From: Carcharhinus amblyrhynchos
Lineage: Eukaryota
Direction: 5' to 3'
Length of the DNA stretch: 64,000 nt
Assembly: GCA_965287045.1 (NCBI GenBank)
Contig: OZ336890.1
Span: 21,204,001 to 21,268,000 of the forward strand
In this document: piece by piece, positions 39,201 to 53,544 of the stretch
Layout: each line of letters starts with the position of its first letter
Numbering within the stretch: position 1 is the stretch's first letter
Made by a program: the position numbers and the translations under genes
Notes under the pieces: model-generated
Seen by the model: the letters and a program-made list of their open reading frames with translations, nothing else
Told to the model about the DNA's origin: nothing
Database searches by the model: none

Positions 39201-39693
39201 GGAGGTTTACTAGGCTGATGCCGGAGTTGAAGGGGTTGAGCTATGAGGAGAGGCTGAATAAACTAGGCTTGTACTCGTAAGAGTTTAGAAGAATGAGGGG
39301 AGATCTCATTGAGACATATATGATGATGAATGGGATGGATAGGATAGAGGTGGAGAGACTCTTCCCGCTCAGAAAGGATAGTAGGACTAGGGGGCACAGC
39401 CTCAAGATAAAGGGGGGGTGGTTTAGAACGGAGTTGAGGAGGAACTTCTTCACTCAAAGGGTGGTGAATCTCTGGAATTCTCTGCCTGTTGAGGTGGTGG
39501 AGGCTACCTCGCTAAATATTTTTAAGACATGGGTTGATGGGTTTTTGATAGGCAAGGGGATTAAGGGTTATGGGGAGAGGGCGGGAATGTGGAACTGAGC
39601 CACGACAGATCAGCCATGATCTTATTGAATGGTGGGGCAGGCTCGAAGGGCTAGATGGCCTACTCCTGCTCCTATTTCTTATGTTCTTATGTT
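39200..39693 (+). mobile_element. CR1/HER1-type LINE 3' fragment
   Basis: RGDLIETY...TRGHSLKIKGG.FRTELRRNFFTQRVVNLWNSLP; ends (ttcttatg)n. Confidence 0.92.
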
Positions 39694-41124
39694 CACATTT
39701 ATACAAAGACTTCATTATTCCCACTCTGGCTGACTGCCTTGTGTGCCTGCATAAGGAAAATAGTCTGGCAACAGAGTTCGCCCAGCCAGGCGCACCAGCT
39801 TCATGTGCTCCCAAGGCACTGCCCCCAATCCCTGCCTTCACCTCACTGATGTGGCACCATCGGCCTCTGAGAGCTTTGGGCCACTGACCTCGCTCTTCTT
39901 ATCCTCTTACCATTTCCTATCTGCTCTGCTTCCAGTCTTCGTACTATCAAGTAGCCATTTCACAGTTTCACCACTTCTCCTTCAGTGGTCTCGGTCAAAT
40001 TGTATTCCTCCACGTGGGCCTGGCCCCTGCCAACCTGCTTTACTGAACGGCCATACACTGACATACTTATTTACTCAGAACCCTCAGGTTGCATGTGCCA
40101 TACCTGTCCTTCTCCACCCTCCCTTCGAGACAGAGCCCAATTCTTCTTTCCAACTAGAGTTTTGCCTCCAGACTTGCTCAAATTAGAGCAGCAAGGTGGC
40201 AAATGGTAATCCCTCAGCTAGAGAGAGAGAACAAGGATTATTTGTGTGACAATCAAAGGCTTTGCACCACGGGTCTGCCAGTCGTTCACCATATGACCAG
40301 AGAAAGAGAAAATGCATTATATACAAATGACACAACTCAGAGAGTAAGGGAGGGAAATGGGTGAGGTATGTGAAGGCTGCCAAACAGAAAGAAAGATCTG
40401 CAGAGAACAGAGGAACACAGAAACTGCATGACACATGTGCACAGAGTGTAAAAGTTACAGAGAGGAGACATGGATAAGGAAGATTTATACAAAGAAAGAG
40501 CACAGAATATTGTTGTTACAAATAAATGAAGCAATAAAAGAAGAATCATGTATCTCTAAGGCGTACAAGGTAGAAAAAGAGACAAAGTTTAAGGAAATAC
40601 AGAGTAAGGAGACTAGAAAGAACTTTAAAAATAGGTGATGAGAATTGGGGGGGTGCCCCTTTTTTTTAAGGTTTTGCTTCTGAGTAACAACAATGAAGGT
40701 GACCTGGTGCATCACAGGCTACAGCCTCTTTGTTCGGGCATTGTTTTAACAAAATCACACTACCATTCTTCTGCTAATTAATTGTTCCATTATTAAATAT
40801 AACTGACATATTGCTGCAGCAGCAATCTGAAAAGATTTCTTCCAACTTCTCTTCCACTCAGGTCATTCTCCAATCCATTACAGACTGCCAACTTTGGAGA
40901 TCATGATGCCACAGAAAGTGCAACAGGTCTGTGCAAAAGCTAATCCCTCAGAACATATACTGTACACTGCAGGATAAGGGGAAGTTTGTTAACCGGCTAC
41001 TTACTGACATCCAACAATGCAATTCAGACATTCCTCAATGAAATGTTTCTGCTCCCTTACTTCAGTAATTAAAGTCGTCCCGGTGATATTATTAATCAAT
41101 TATGCCTGCTATAGTTTTAAAGTC

Positions 41125-41424
41125 TAAATGTTTGTTTATTATTGTCACAAGTAGGCTTACATTAACACTGCAGCAAAGTTCCCATGAAAACCCCCTAGTC
41201 GCCGCACTCCGGTGCCTGTTCAAGTACACTGAGAGAAAATTTAGCATGGCCAATGCACCTAACCAGCACATCTTTCAGACTGTGGAAGGAAACCGGGGCA
41301 CCTAGAGGAAACTCACGCAGACACAGGGAGAACGTGCAGACTTCCGTATAAACAGTGAGCCAAGCTGGGAATCAAACCCAGGTCCCTGACATTGTGAGGC
41401 AGCAGTGCTAACCACTGTGCCACC
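41125..41424 (-). mobile_element. HE1-like V-SINE, tail type B
   Basis: tttattattgtcacaagtaggcttacattaacactgc ... gcagcagtgctaaccactgtgccacc. Confidence 0.9.
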
Positions 41425-41819
41425 AGTGGTTAGTTCCTGTGTTGCCAACAAAAGTGTCCAAACTGACTAAGATTACTGGCTATAAATTACGTTTTCTGCA
41501 CAGACGTGGATTTGAAGATGACTCCTGGCTTGCACAATCATGATCCATGCACGGTCTGAGGCAAAATCTGACTTATTTTGCGCAAACAGGAAGATTTGGA
41601 ATCTGTGTGGCACAGTGTGAAGAATGTGCACACGATGCAATTATAACCACATACAAAATTGAACAAGTTTGTTTTAATGAATCAGTCAGAAGGGAACCTT
41701 CAGGCATTAATTCACAGCAAATAGAATTGAATGCTGCAGTTTGAAACCCCATTTGTTTTCTCATTTACTCCCCTCCTCAAATAACGATGGCCATTCATGC
41801 TGGGGCTTGGATCCAGACA

Positions 41820-42150
41820 TTGGTAACCCTCCAGTACCTCACCAAAGAGGCCATCCCTATACAATGAGTATCGGCATTCATCAATACAATAAGGGTTCGC
41901 AGCCCATTTGACCCGAAGAGGCAACCAACTGAGTTCTATTCTCAATTCCGCAAAGTCCACCCATAAGCACTTTCCAAGAGGGGTCACTCGACAGTGATCG
42001 TGAATGGAAATGCTGGCAGATTTCCCCCTCTCCTACTCTAGAGATAGTGGGGCCAACTGTATCTCCCACACTGCCAACACCTGCTGAGAGCAACTAATTC
42101 AATGGAGACAAAAGATCAAACTGGGCCCTTCCTAATCTCTATGGCTTCAT
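41820..42150 (-). mobile_element. Old SINE-like repeat (family shared with 35165-35440)
   Basis: Reverse complement reads gattaggaagggcccagtttgatc...gaattagttg...tacagttggcc...gagtgacccct. Confidence 0.55.
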
Positions 42151-43077
42151 ACCGGTTATCCACATGTAATCAGAGAAGCATTAAGCATCACTTAGGGCGC
42201 AACTATAAACCTGTGTTGTGATGTGCTAACTAAATCTGAGTAAAACTATGGGCAAAAAGTGCAGAGTTATTTACTCCCACCTTTAGTTTGAGAGTAAAAA
42301 TGTTCATTTCCTGATATGAGCTTAAAACCAGCTGCAAATTCAAATCACCCTCATGTAAACCTCTAAATCAAATAGTCGGTCACTATGGCCCCCAAGGAAA
42401 GCCACAGCATAATAGGTCTAACAGTATTAGGTGTTTTATGTCAATGAATACTTTATGTGCTATACATGTCGTGTGATATGTGGTGGATGTTTGTGCAGTC
42501 AGTTGCCTGGGTTCCAACAAGGCTACAGAACAGCTACTGACACAGACTCAGCAGAATCTTCCAAACAGCTCCCAAAACAGACTCAAAACGCAGCCGCAGT
42601 ACAACTCGCAATACAGTTAATGTTAAAACGACCAATGCAACACCAACAAAGGTCCCAAAATACTTAAACATACATCCCCAATTCCAACATACAATGGCAA
42701 AAAAGAACTCCCAGGATTCATCCCAATTCAATTCCAAGCACACTCTCCTCACAGCTCAGGAAGAACAGAAATGCTTCTCAAACTAAATTTTTCAAAAGTG
42801 TCATTCATGAATACAAAGTCAAACTTATTTCCAAAAACAATCAAGGTATGTTTCACTTAATAACATTTCAGACAGGGAATGACTTTGTTGTTGAGGATGT
42901 TCTTATATTCATAACAGCCAGCATCCAAAAATCGTTTTGGTAATTATATCAAATCCAGAAATGGATGCACTCTGAACACTGCAAAGGTAGATTATTTTGG
43001 GGGGTAAAGTATTAAAACAAAATTATTTTTGTATATTTTTGAGCCAATTCCTGTACATTATTACCATTACTATATCT

Positions 43078-43355
43078 TTAAGTTTGTTGACTGGTGTCAC
43101 AAGTAGGCTTACATTAACACTGCAATGAAGTTACTATGAAAATCCCCCATTCACCACACTCCAATGCCTGCTTGGGTACTCTGAGGGATAATTTAGCACA
43201 GTCAATGCACCTAACTAGTGCATCTTTCAGACTGCAGGAGGAAACTGGAGCACCTGGAGGAAACCTATGCAGACACGGGGAGAACATGCAGACTCTGCAC
43301 AGGCAGTGATCCAAGCTGGGAATCGAACTCAGGTCCCTGGCGCAGCTAACCACTT
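43078..43355 (-). mobile_element. HE1-like V-SINE, tail type B
   Basis: gtgtcacaagtaggcttacattaacactgcaatgaagttact ... caggtccctggcgc. Confidence 0.88.
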
Positions 43356-43699
43356 GCAAAATAAACCATTGACTCTGAGCAAAAGCAAATACAAAATAAT
43401 GCTACTTTTGAAAATGCTCTTGGAAAGCAGTATAAGAAAATAATCTGCACAGCATTCCCGCAAGTGAATCAGTCAATTAATTACTTTTAAAGTACAGTCA
43501 CAGGTGGCAAAAATATGAAAATAGCAAACAAAATGTCACTCTATATAGAAATATATAGCGTATATTCAAAACTGTTTACTCCTCAAGTAATGATTAATTC
43601 TCCATAAAATGTTGTCTTCCTGCCTGCAGAACTTTTGGCTTATGTACTAAAGCTCGCCTTCTTCCTGTCACATGGCATGATTTTTTAAAAAAAATATAA

Positions 43700-44100
43700 T
43701 GGCTGTAGTTAACCATAGTAGTTATATTACTGGATCATTTATCCAGGGGACTGGACTAATTAATGGTTATGAAGAAATTATTTCAAATCCCACCACAGTA
43801 GCCGGACAATTTAGATTCAATTCATTAAATAAACCTGGAATAAAGTGACAGTGACCATGCAACAACCTAGAATGTTGTTTAAAAAAACCCATCTGGTTCA
43901 CTAATATCCTTCAGGGGAGGAAATCTGCTGTTTCTACCTGGTCTGGCCTACACGTGACTCCAGGCCCATAGCAATGTAATGACGCTCTGAATTGGGCTAG
44001 CAAATCATTCAGTTGCACTGAATCGCCACCTTGTCCAGGGCCATTAGAGATGGGTAATAAATGCACTTCTCACCAGCGCTGCATGGGTGAATACAAAAAA
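43700..44100 (+). mobile_element. Second shark tRNA-derived SINE family
   Basis: ttcaaatcccaccac, aaaacccatctggttcactaat.tccttcagggg.aggaaatctgc, cctggtctggcctacacgtgactccag and gatgggtaataaatgc match a recalled common shark SINE. Confidence 0.75.
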
Positions 44101-47100
44101 TAAGTGTCCAATAAATAAAATTTAGGCAAACTAAAAAAAAGACATGATATAAAAAATCATAATTAAAAATACTTCAAGGCCACAACAGATTCTGAAGTCC
44201 CGGACAACTGCAATCTGAACGCGGCATTCAGTTAATCAGCCATTAACATGTTAACAAGAAATACAGAGGCTACTTTATATCCGAGGCTAAGGTCCAAATG
44301 GAATCACTTAGTAGTCGAGCAAAACGTTGATGTTAACTTCAACATGTATAAAAATAAGAATTAAATAATTTAGAGATTTCTACGCCAGATTGCTACTGGT
44401 TATAGTTACCCGGCTAGAATATGGAGGTGAGAAAGTGCAACTGTTTGAACAAAATACTGAAATATTTTAGGGTCTATTTCTCTTTCCCCCCACCCCGCAA
44501 TGCACTCCCTCCCGCCCGTAACATAGCACAGGCCCTACAAAACAAAAACTGCTACTAGCTTCAACTGCAGCTATCAGTTTGCGGACTGCCGCCTGCGAGC
44601 AACAAAACTGACTTCAAAGCCTGTTCCTGCAAAATACCAAGGGCCACCGAAAATCTCTGAATTATAATCTCATGTGTGTTTTAAGGGAACATTTTTTCCC
44701 CTACAAGCATAATCGTGCTTCTGTTAGAAAACAATTTACAATTAATTTACTAATATGGATAAGTGGGTAGATTGGATTATCGTGATTGAAGTGTACAGCC
44801 CCTTGTCGAGTGCACGTCTAAACATTTTAAACTGTGCAATCTGCTTGCCACTGCGCGGTCTGCCCACATCTTTCTCCCAAAATATGCAATCTGTTATAGC
44901 GACAACAAAAAAGTTTGGCGATTTTTTTTTGAAAAGAGAACTGGCAAATTGTTGGGAGAATGCTGGGCTTGATGTTTGGGGGCAATTACGATTGGAATAA
45001 CTGCGATTTGAAACGGGCTCTCCACCGAAACTCACTCGGGAAATTCTCGCAATTCCAAGTTGCGAAGTGAAAATGTTTTCTTCCCTTCCCCTCCCTCCCT
45101 GGGAAAAAAAAATTCCGCTGATTAAATTGCACCAGGAGAAATCAGTGCAGAAATGTTCTCATTAAAGCCGCTTTAAATGAGATATATATACGGGCGGGGG
45201 GGGGGAGGCTGTTGTAAATGGGGAAGAAAATAAAACAGCCGATGCTTTTCTAAACAGAGTCTGTGAATAAGATCAGCGGGAGCTGGAGGGTAAATAAATA
45301 GTAAGATTAGAGAGGGCGGGGAACTCCATTCAAACCCAGGACAATACGGCAGCTCCGAAAGCTTTAGCAACCCCCGAGTCCTCACTTTTTTTTAAAAAAA
45401 GCAGAATATGGCAAAGGAAATTTAAATTAGCAATTTGATGGCTGGGATAAAGGCATGTAAGAGCGTTAACAGACTCGAGGCCCGAGCTAAAAGCAGCAAA
45501 GGTTTCAACTGGGAGGAGAATAAATCCCCCTTTTCCGATTTGACCAAGGGTGGGTTTATTTTTAAATCAGGGTAGAGGGCTGAGGGAGCGTTTCTTCTTC
45601 TTTAGCCCCGATTATTTAACACTTGGAAGTTAATATCTCTGCTGTTTGGTTTGGTAATCCGAGGCAGGGAGACAGGATAAACTGTCTCAGCAACATTCTC
45701 CCCCCCACCCCCACCGCCCCCTCGCAAACAGTTCGCCGACTGAATCAGCAATCCAATCCCAAACCACGGTGCAGTTTATTCTGTCTCATTTTCCTTTCCA
45801 GCTGATAGCTTTATGTTTTACCCCCATCATCCATTCGAGTCCCCTTCCTGGCTTCAGGCGTCCTTGAAAAAAGCTGGGAAATCGATAACAAAAGCCTGGC
45901 TTCAAGGAGTGGAGGAGTTTTGTTTTGCAAAAGGGTTTTTTTTTGTTGTTGTTGGTGTGCGCCAGAAGTGAACCTCAACGCGTCCCTCCGAAAGAAAGTA
46001 CAGTAATTGCGAATGGAAAGAAACGACTAAGGGAATAGAATGCTGAGCGTTTTCGGTCCAGAAGTTTCAACAGGGACCAGTTGTAATCCAGTTTCGGAAT
46101 CTCCCTGAGTGGTATTCAAGAAGTGTGAAAAAAAACTCATACTTCTTTAAAAAGAAAGTTTGGTTTGGGCAACACAGTACTGGAGCAAATTACTGTGGAA
46201 AAAATAAAGGGTTTGACTGTAAGAGCCCGTTTAGTCAATGGAGGCTGGTTTGGAAGATTCTACATTATCTGCGTGCCTCCAAGTGGGGTTTGGAAAGGAC
46301 ACCGAATTTGCTGTATCTTCGCCCCCACCTTGTCATGTTCAGATGTGGAACACCCTAATCTTCTAGTTATTGTTAGTTGTTTTAATTTATGCCATTGTTT
46401 GTATTATATGTATGTGCATATGTGTATATATATGTATGTATGTATGAGAGTTTGCACAATGTCTCCTCTCCTTCTGGTAATGGGGCTGGCGTCCTGATCG
46501 TTACAACAAGTCTGGATTTTTTGTTAGGAGCAAAATGGGATTGTCTTCAGGGAATGTCGAAAGTACATGCCGCCAAAACAGCAGAAGTAAATCCGTGTCT
46601 CGGTGACGTGATCTTCATTTGTAACCATTCCCATTTTAAAATATGCAAAGAAGTGGCTTTTCACGATTTGGTGTTTCCTTAGCTTTCTTTGATTCGCTCC
46701 CAGTTCCAAAAGTATCTTGAACTTGTCTAAGTTTCCGAAGGTAAATCAGAAGCATTGACCCTTTTTTTCACATATAGGTTGCATGGTCAAAATGCGGTGA
46801 TTCAGAACCGTCATCAAAACCAGGATAGACTTTCCCAGCACGGGTGGATGGGTAAGTGGGAATCTCTGCCGGCCCGAAATGATCAACTTTGATTTAACAG
46901 CGTGAATAATGTTTCATTTCTGCTGAAAAACATTTTTAAAAATCCCAGGCTCCCCTGAATTTTTATTTGAAAAAGGGCTGAAAATATGGAGATGGGGGGG
47001 GGGGGTTCCAGAACTTGGTTAACAAAAAGATTAATCAGTTACAATACAAAAGATCGCGACTGGACATTTAACCCAGCGATAGGTCCCCAGTCGCCCAACG

Positions 47101-49995
47101 ACTGAGAAAGAAAAAGCTACCGGATGAGGAGAGTGTGTATACATTGCTGGAAATTGCTTGCTTTTAATTCCCCACTATTTCAGTTACATGTACATCTGCA
47201 GAGTACAGGCCGTGCAAAAGGATCATATCTGTATTTGTTTCATATTAAGTATAAACTAAACGTACACTTATCTAATCAATGGTCGCGACCTTAAAGTCCA
47301 ATTTCATTATTAATAAACGCCTATAATGTTTCTAAGCAAATATATTGCATAAGCTCCCCGACCTATCCTGGTGTGACATTCATTGAGGTTTGCCTGTGTA
47401 CATACCTGTGCCCAGGACTGTTTCTGCTGGGTTTAAATAAAACGTTAGCTTTATGTACATACCTCGCTGATAAAAAGTACACACACACACTCACACCAAG
47501 GCATCTATCTAGCTGCATCTCGCCATTATCTGCCTTCATCTGATCAAAGTAATAAATCAACTCGTCTATCGACTTGTCTGTCCAATAAATCTATTTGACT
47601 AGTAAAACTATCTAAATATTGATCTCATTTTCTATTGACAGGCAGTCCCGCAAATAAAATAAGGGATCTTTTGCGAGTGGGCAATGTGTTTGGGGAGGCG
47701 AGTGGGGAATTGGAAGTGACATACGACTGGGGCTAACTAAAGATAGAGAGAAAAACCGGGTGCGTGTATATGTTTGGGAGATGTGGGAAGAGAGAGAGAG
47801 AGAGCGGTGAAAATGAGATTCTTTGTATCGTCTTGAACAAAAGCTAGCAGGGACGGTGACCAAGTACAGAAACCGTCAAAGGAGGGGGTTGGGGGTGGAG
47901 GAGAAAGGACACAGAATGAAATTCTGCAGGAGGAGGAACGACATTTATGTGGCGGGGGGTGGGGGGGGGGAAAGAGGGAGAGATCGGCCGGTTTTAAAAC
48001 CCCGGAGACCCTTTGACATTGAATTTATAAACGGGTGGCTTTTGAGGGTTTGGTTTCATTCTTGGGGCAGCTTCCTTTGAATCCATCCAATGGGGGCAGG
48101 AGAATTGATCGGCGCTTTAACCCCAGATAGGGACCGGGTGTGACAAAAATAAATCATCAAAAAAAAATATAGGGACTGCAGCAATAAAAAACCTGCCTGC
48201 GCCAACTATAAAGAGCACCATTTTCCATTTTGGAAGGAGCTGCATGCGAGACGGCGGCAGTAAACTCCCAGCTTCTGAATATAGCTTTGCTGGTTCTGTG
48301 GCGAACGCCGTGCAGAAATGGCAAAAAGACACTAAGGTCACTTTTTGGAGGGTGGGTATAAATCAATCGGACATTGATACCCCTGTACCTGGGAGGGGAA
48401 GGAGGTGTATGCAGATCCGTGACTGTCCCCACAACTGCAAATAAAGGAAATAACTTCTGGTCGGACAATTCAAGTTTTTTTTATACACTCCCCCCGGCCC
48501 CCCCCCCCCCACCTCCCCCCCCCCGCCGTGTTCCACGGATTTCCATGTTATCGGCTCACAGCCCCATGGGAATGGCAACCGTGAGCAAATTCCTGAACCC
48601 GCTGGCTCCATGGGCACCGTGTATAATACCGTGGGGCCATGTATCAGTGAGTGAAGAAGCTACAACAGCACCAATCCGATTTAACTCGCCCGGCGTTTGG
48701 AATGTCCTTTACTCCCAGATATTGTTCGGTGGTTTACTTTCAACTGCCTTGCAGTTTAAGAAAATGTTTTTTTTAAAGAAAAAAAGTCAATTCCTGTTTG
48801 GTGACAGATATAAAAATGGTAAAACTTCACTGAGGCAACATGAAAAGAAGGATTATACAGATAATTCGAGCAGATTTTTTTAAATGTTGCAGCTCTGTGT
48901 TAAAAACGGAGAATGTATTCCTTCTAAATGGCTTTATTTGTTGTAATGTGATTATTGTCCGTCAATACAAGGGTCAACTGCCAGTTGAAAGCCTGAACAA
49001 AGGGATATTTAAAAACTCATATCTCTTTAAAATGTTCGTCCAGCGCTCGCCCCTCGTCTCTACGTAACGTGCATTGGTCAAAAAAGGACAAAGCTTGTTT
49101 GACTTTAATCAATTGGGAGAGCTGGGTCACTTCAGCGAAAATGTTGGGTCTGCCTGCTTAGATTGGTTTATATTGTAGTCAGATTAATAAAACGTCTTGA
49201 CTCGGTGCCAAGTGCATCAAGCGAAACGCTAAAAAAAACCACATATTTCCACGACTGTTGCTGATTCTAGAATTCGGAGTCTGCAATCTCAAAATGTGGT
49301 GGTGATTTCAATATTTCTAGCAATCTTTAGCAGGTCAAATCCCCTAATGAAGGTTGCTAATTCACAACTGGAATTATAATCCACAAATTAGACCGTTTCC
49401 AAAGACAAATTTGTCGCCACATTAGGTGGAACTCGCATCATACGGTATTAAATATTTTTAACATTGATCTATCAATCCAAAAATATTCTAAGGAACAACC
49501 TTCCTTTTCATTTGACTAATGCAATACTTGCTCAGTATTTGCCTCCAAGCTAAAACAGTCTGGGATGGAAAATGACTTGTTTTAATATATATGGCGTGGA
49601 AATGTATTTTTTTATTCCATGTGCTTCGTAGAAACTCTGCAAGTTATCCTAAAGCCACGCAGTGGAGACGGTGCCCGGGGTTTTACAGGTTATCTCAATC
49701 ATAGCAATTTAAGCATTTTTCCTATCTAAGACATAAAGAATCGCGCCACATCTTTTACACTCCTAATCCCCACCAAACGGATTATTCGTTTGCTAAATTT
49801 GTCAATGCACGCAAAGGTAGCGGTGAGTGGTTTATAATTCTGAGGGTTGGGTTGGGGGGGGAGGTGGTTGGAGTGTGGAGGGAGCGGGGGGCGAGGGGGA
49901 GCCTCGGTGGTGACTGAAGTGATGTTGAGATTTTTGCCACAAATATTACCAAGCCCCGCCGAAACCCTCGCACTGGCCAGCGTCAAGAGAAACGC

Positions 49996-50228
49996 ATGTG
50001 TGTATATGTGTCCCTCTGTGTGTGTGTGTGTGTCTGCCTGTCTCTATGTCTGTGTGCCTGTATTTGTATGTGCGTGTCTCTATATCTGTGTGCGTGTGTC
50101 TGTGTTCCTCTGTATCTGTCTGTCCGTGTGTCTGTGTGCGTCTGTCCCTGCGTGTCTGTGCCTCTGTGTATGTGTGTGTCTGTCCCTGTGTGTATGTGCT
50201 GTGCGCCTGTTTATCTCTCCTTGTGTGT
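49996..50228. repeat. Degenerate (TG)n/(TC)n microsatellite
   Basis: tgtgtgtc/tctgtg low complexity; produces the spurious Cys/Val-rich ORFs. Confidence 0.9.
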
Positions 50229-51324
50229 TTTTCTTTTTTTTTACCTGAAACTTGATCCAAACTATATACTTAAAAATCATCACTGAAAAAAAACATCGAC
50301 ATTCAAAACATCTGTTCTGAAAAAAAAACCAGAACTGACAACCTCTTTATTCTTGTTACTGCCGTTATTAGAGAGAGGGACGCCGAGGAGAAACATTTGC
50401 AAAGTACGGCGAGGGTATGAATCGCAATTTTCAGATGGAGAAAGTGAGTTGGAACTGGACAGAGAAACGCTGCCTTCGCCCAATAGAGCACCATTGATAT
50501 TAAACTATATATGTGTGTGTGTGTGTGTGTTAGCCTGTGTATAAAATTAGTACCATTCGAGAACATGGCGTGCAATTCAGCATTCGCCCTTGAGTTTCCT
50601 CTTTCTCGATCAGAAGTAGAATAGTTTTTTTTTTCACCCCCAATGCCTGGGTAATATTTGTTTAACAGGATACCAGAAACACTTGACCAAGCCTCTCTGG
50701 ATGGCGAGTGAACCCATTTTCACCCTCACACTTCGCAAACCATTTTAGAAAACGGATTTTCCATCAGTACAGAGCCGCAGACACACACACACACACACAC
50801 ACAGAGGCACTGCGTTAAACACTAGACGTGACACGGGCCATCTCTCTCTCCTTGGATCTTTATTTGAATGGTTCCATTCAATATTGCTCTGCACTATTAC
50901 ATTTCTGCAGAATATGCAGAAGTGAGCGGTCAGAATCTTTATGCTGTATCAAAATACACGTCTCATGTGAGCAGCCTGAGTTTCCAATGTGACTACAGTC
51001 CCTTTGTGGTGAGGGGCAACATTTGAATACATGATTTGCACTCCACTTTCTTGCAAACTGTACCGCGCTTATCAGGGTGCTTTTAACAGTATGAAAAACA
51101 ATGCTATTCAAGCTAACCATTATCCCAGGAACGTTCCGAGCTCTGCATGTTAGCAAACATCCATTCATTTTCTCCTTCCTGCGACATGGAGACATTAACA
51201 AAAGCTTGTCTCAGCCCATGCTTTGGGGACATTTTTCAGGGCTAGTTTACAAAATTGTTTATTTCGACCAGCAAGCCTAGGCTTGTATTTAAGCACACAC
51301 ACACACACACACACAGATTCACTA

Positions 51325-51644
<320 letters not shown>

Positions 51645-53544
51645 CTGTAAAGAGAACGGAGAAGGGGAAGAGAGGGGGAGAGAGAAAGGAACGGAGGGGT
51701 GGAAAGCAGCGATCAATCGCACGGCTTACTTCAAACCCCGGGCAGAGAAACTTCGCGGGCTCCCTCTTGCCTTTCTGGCAGCCGCCATACTGCACCAACA
51801 AGTACAATAACCTCCGAGAGAGGGAGAGAAAAAAAACTCCCACCCGTCTTGTTCATTCAAAACCCCTCCATTTCCAGCCCCATTTTAATGACAGAGAACA
51901 GGAAATTCAAGAAAAACTCACGGCCACTAATCAGCTCATGCATTCCAATAAGAACCAACGCCCGAGACCATTTTAATAATACATATATTTTTGGAGAGAA
52001 AAAAAATCACTCTCCCTTATAAATCACACCAATTTACCTTAACACTGCCACGCTGCTCAACAATGAGAGAAAATTAAGCCAAACACTACACTCACAGAGG
52101 GGCTGCATTCAGCGCACGGATCCCGGGGACATAAATTACTCATGACATTTAGAGGATTAAACAATGAAATGTTTATTAAAGGCGGCCCCGTTTCTAAGAC
52201 GAATTGGTTTATGCGACAGAATTTGTCCTGTTTTTTTTTACCATTTTGTCCAGTTCTGTGGGCAGGGTAGCCTTTCTACGCCCGCTTTCAGGCGAGCGCG
52301 CATCCAGTGTGCACTCTCTCGGCGGTTTCATGCCAGAGAGGTTATCACTCATTTGGATCCCCGTCATTTGTCTTTCATCCATCTCCCCTCTCTTTTTTTC
52401 CAGCAGTTCCCCCCCCTCCACCCTTGCCTCCCCCCTCCATTTCCACCTGACATTAATTTCAGGATGAAATTGCCACTGCCACAACACACTGATATTTACA
52501 CAGAGAACTGTGTGAAATATTTTAAATACTAATGTTAAGCAAATAAAAGGTTGCATCTCGCACTTCCCCCTTGCTTTCCACCTCACCCATTTCTCAAATC
52601 AATCTCATCAGTTTAAAAGTCGGTTTTTATTTATAAAAAAAATCACCCAACGTAGAAAAGACACACCAAAAATCCCCCAAAATAGACTGCATCACGCGTC
52701 CTCCAGCCAGCACGCTCTAACAGAGATTGCAATTTAAAATATTGACCATAAAAAAAATTAGCAGTCAACCGGCGGAGCACAATACACATTAAAAAATAAT
52801 AATAATTAGGAATGGATTGAGTAAATTGCCCCCTTTTTAAAATTTGGGCAATCGAGCTCTCAATTCATACTATAATATTCAGTGTGTTATTATCTCCGCT
52901 TAACGCTCTGTGTTTTAACATCAAATTCCAAATGTTCATTTTCTCGCCGTCAATACAGCGGTGAAAATTGTTAATGATTTTTACTGCCCTTGTGCGTTTT
53001 AGGTTTTTTTAAAAAAATGATACCCTCGCTCCAAATTTTGAATATGAATGAAATATTTGGTATATTGCGAGAAGCAAGCTTGCTTCAAGCTCCCTCGCCT
53101 CAACTGCTTGCTTTACAAAAACACAAAAGGTTTTCATAGAGACTTCACACTGTTAATTTTATTTTCCTTTAAATTAGGGAAACGTTTGTGGAGGTGCTTT
53201 GGGGCCAAAGGAAGTGAATGGCATCTGCGAGGAAGCTATTTACAAGGGGCGCACCTTCCTACCGAATGCAGCCGGGCCAGAGTGCGCACAGGGCGGATAC
53301 ACACGCAAGGGCGCCCCGCTTGGAGCTAAATGCTTCCCGTTTCTGCACAAGACGAAGCTGGCATGACCCACCAGCCGCAAAAATAAAGAGAGCGGTTCAT
53401 TGATTACGTTATTTTAATAACGGCACAAAACGGAAAATACATTAGGTTTACGCTTAAAGTAGCAAATATTTCAATTTATTTCCAGAATGTTGGTATTTTT
53501 GACTTCCACTGTATAGATGTAGCAAAAAAAGAACGTGTACTTAC

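Noticed and set aside
39293-39598. 101-aa ORF as a host gene
   Set aside because: It is the CR1 reverse transcriptase C-terminus from a 5'-truncated LINE.
49847-50286. Cys/Val-rich and Thr/His-rich ORFs
   Set aside because: Translations of a (TG)n microsatellite.
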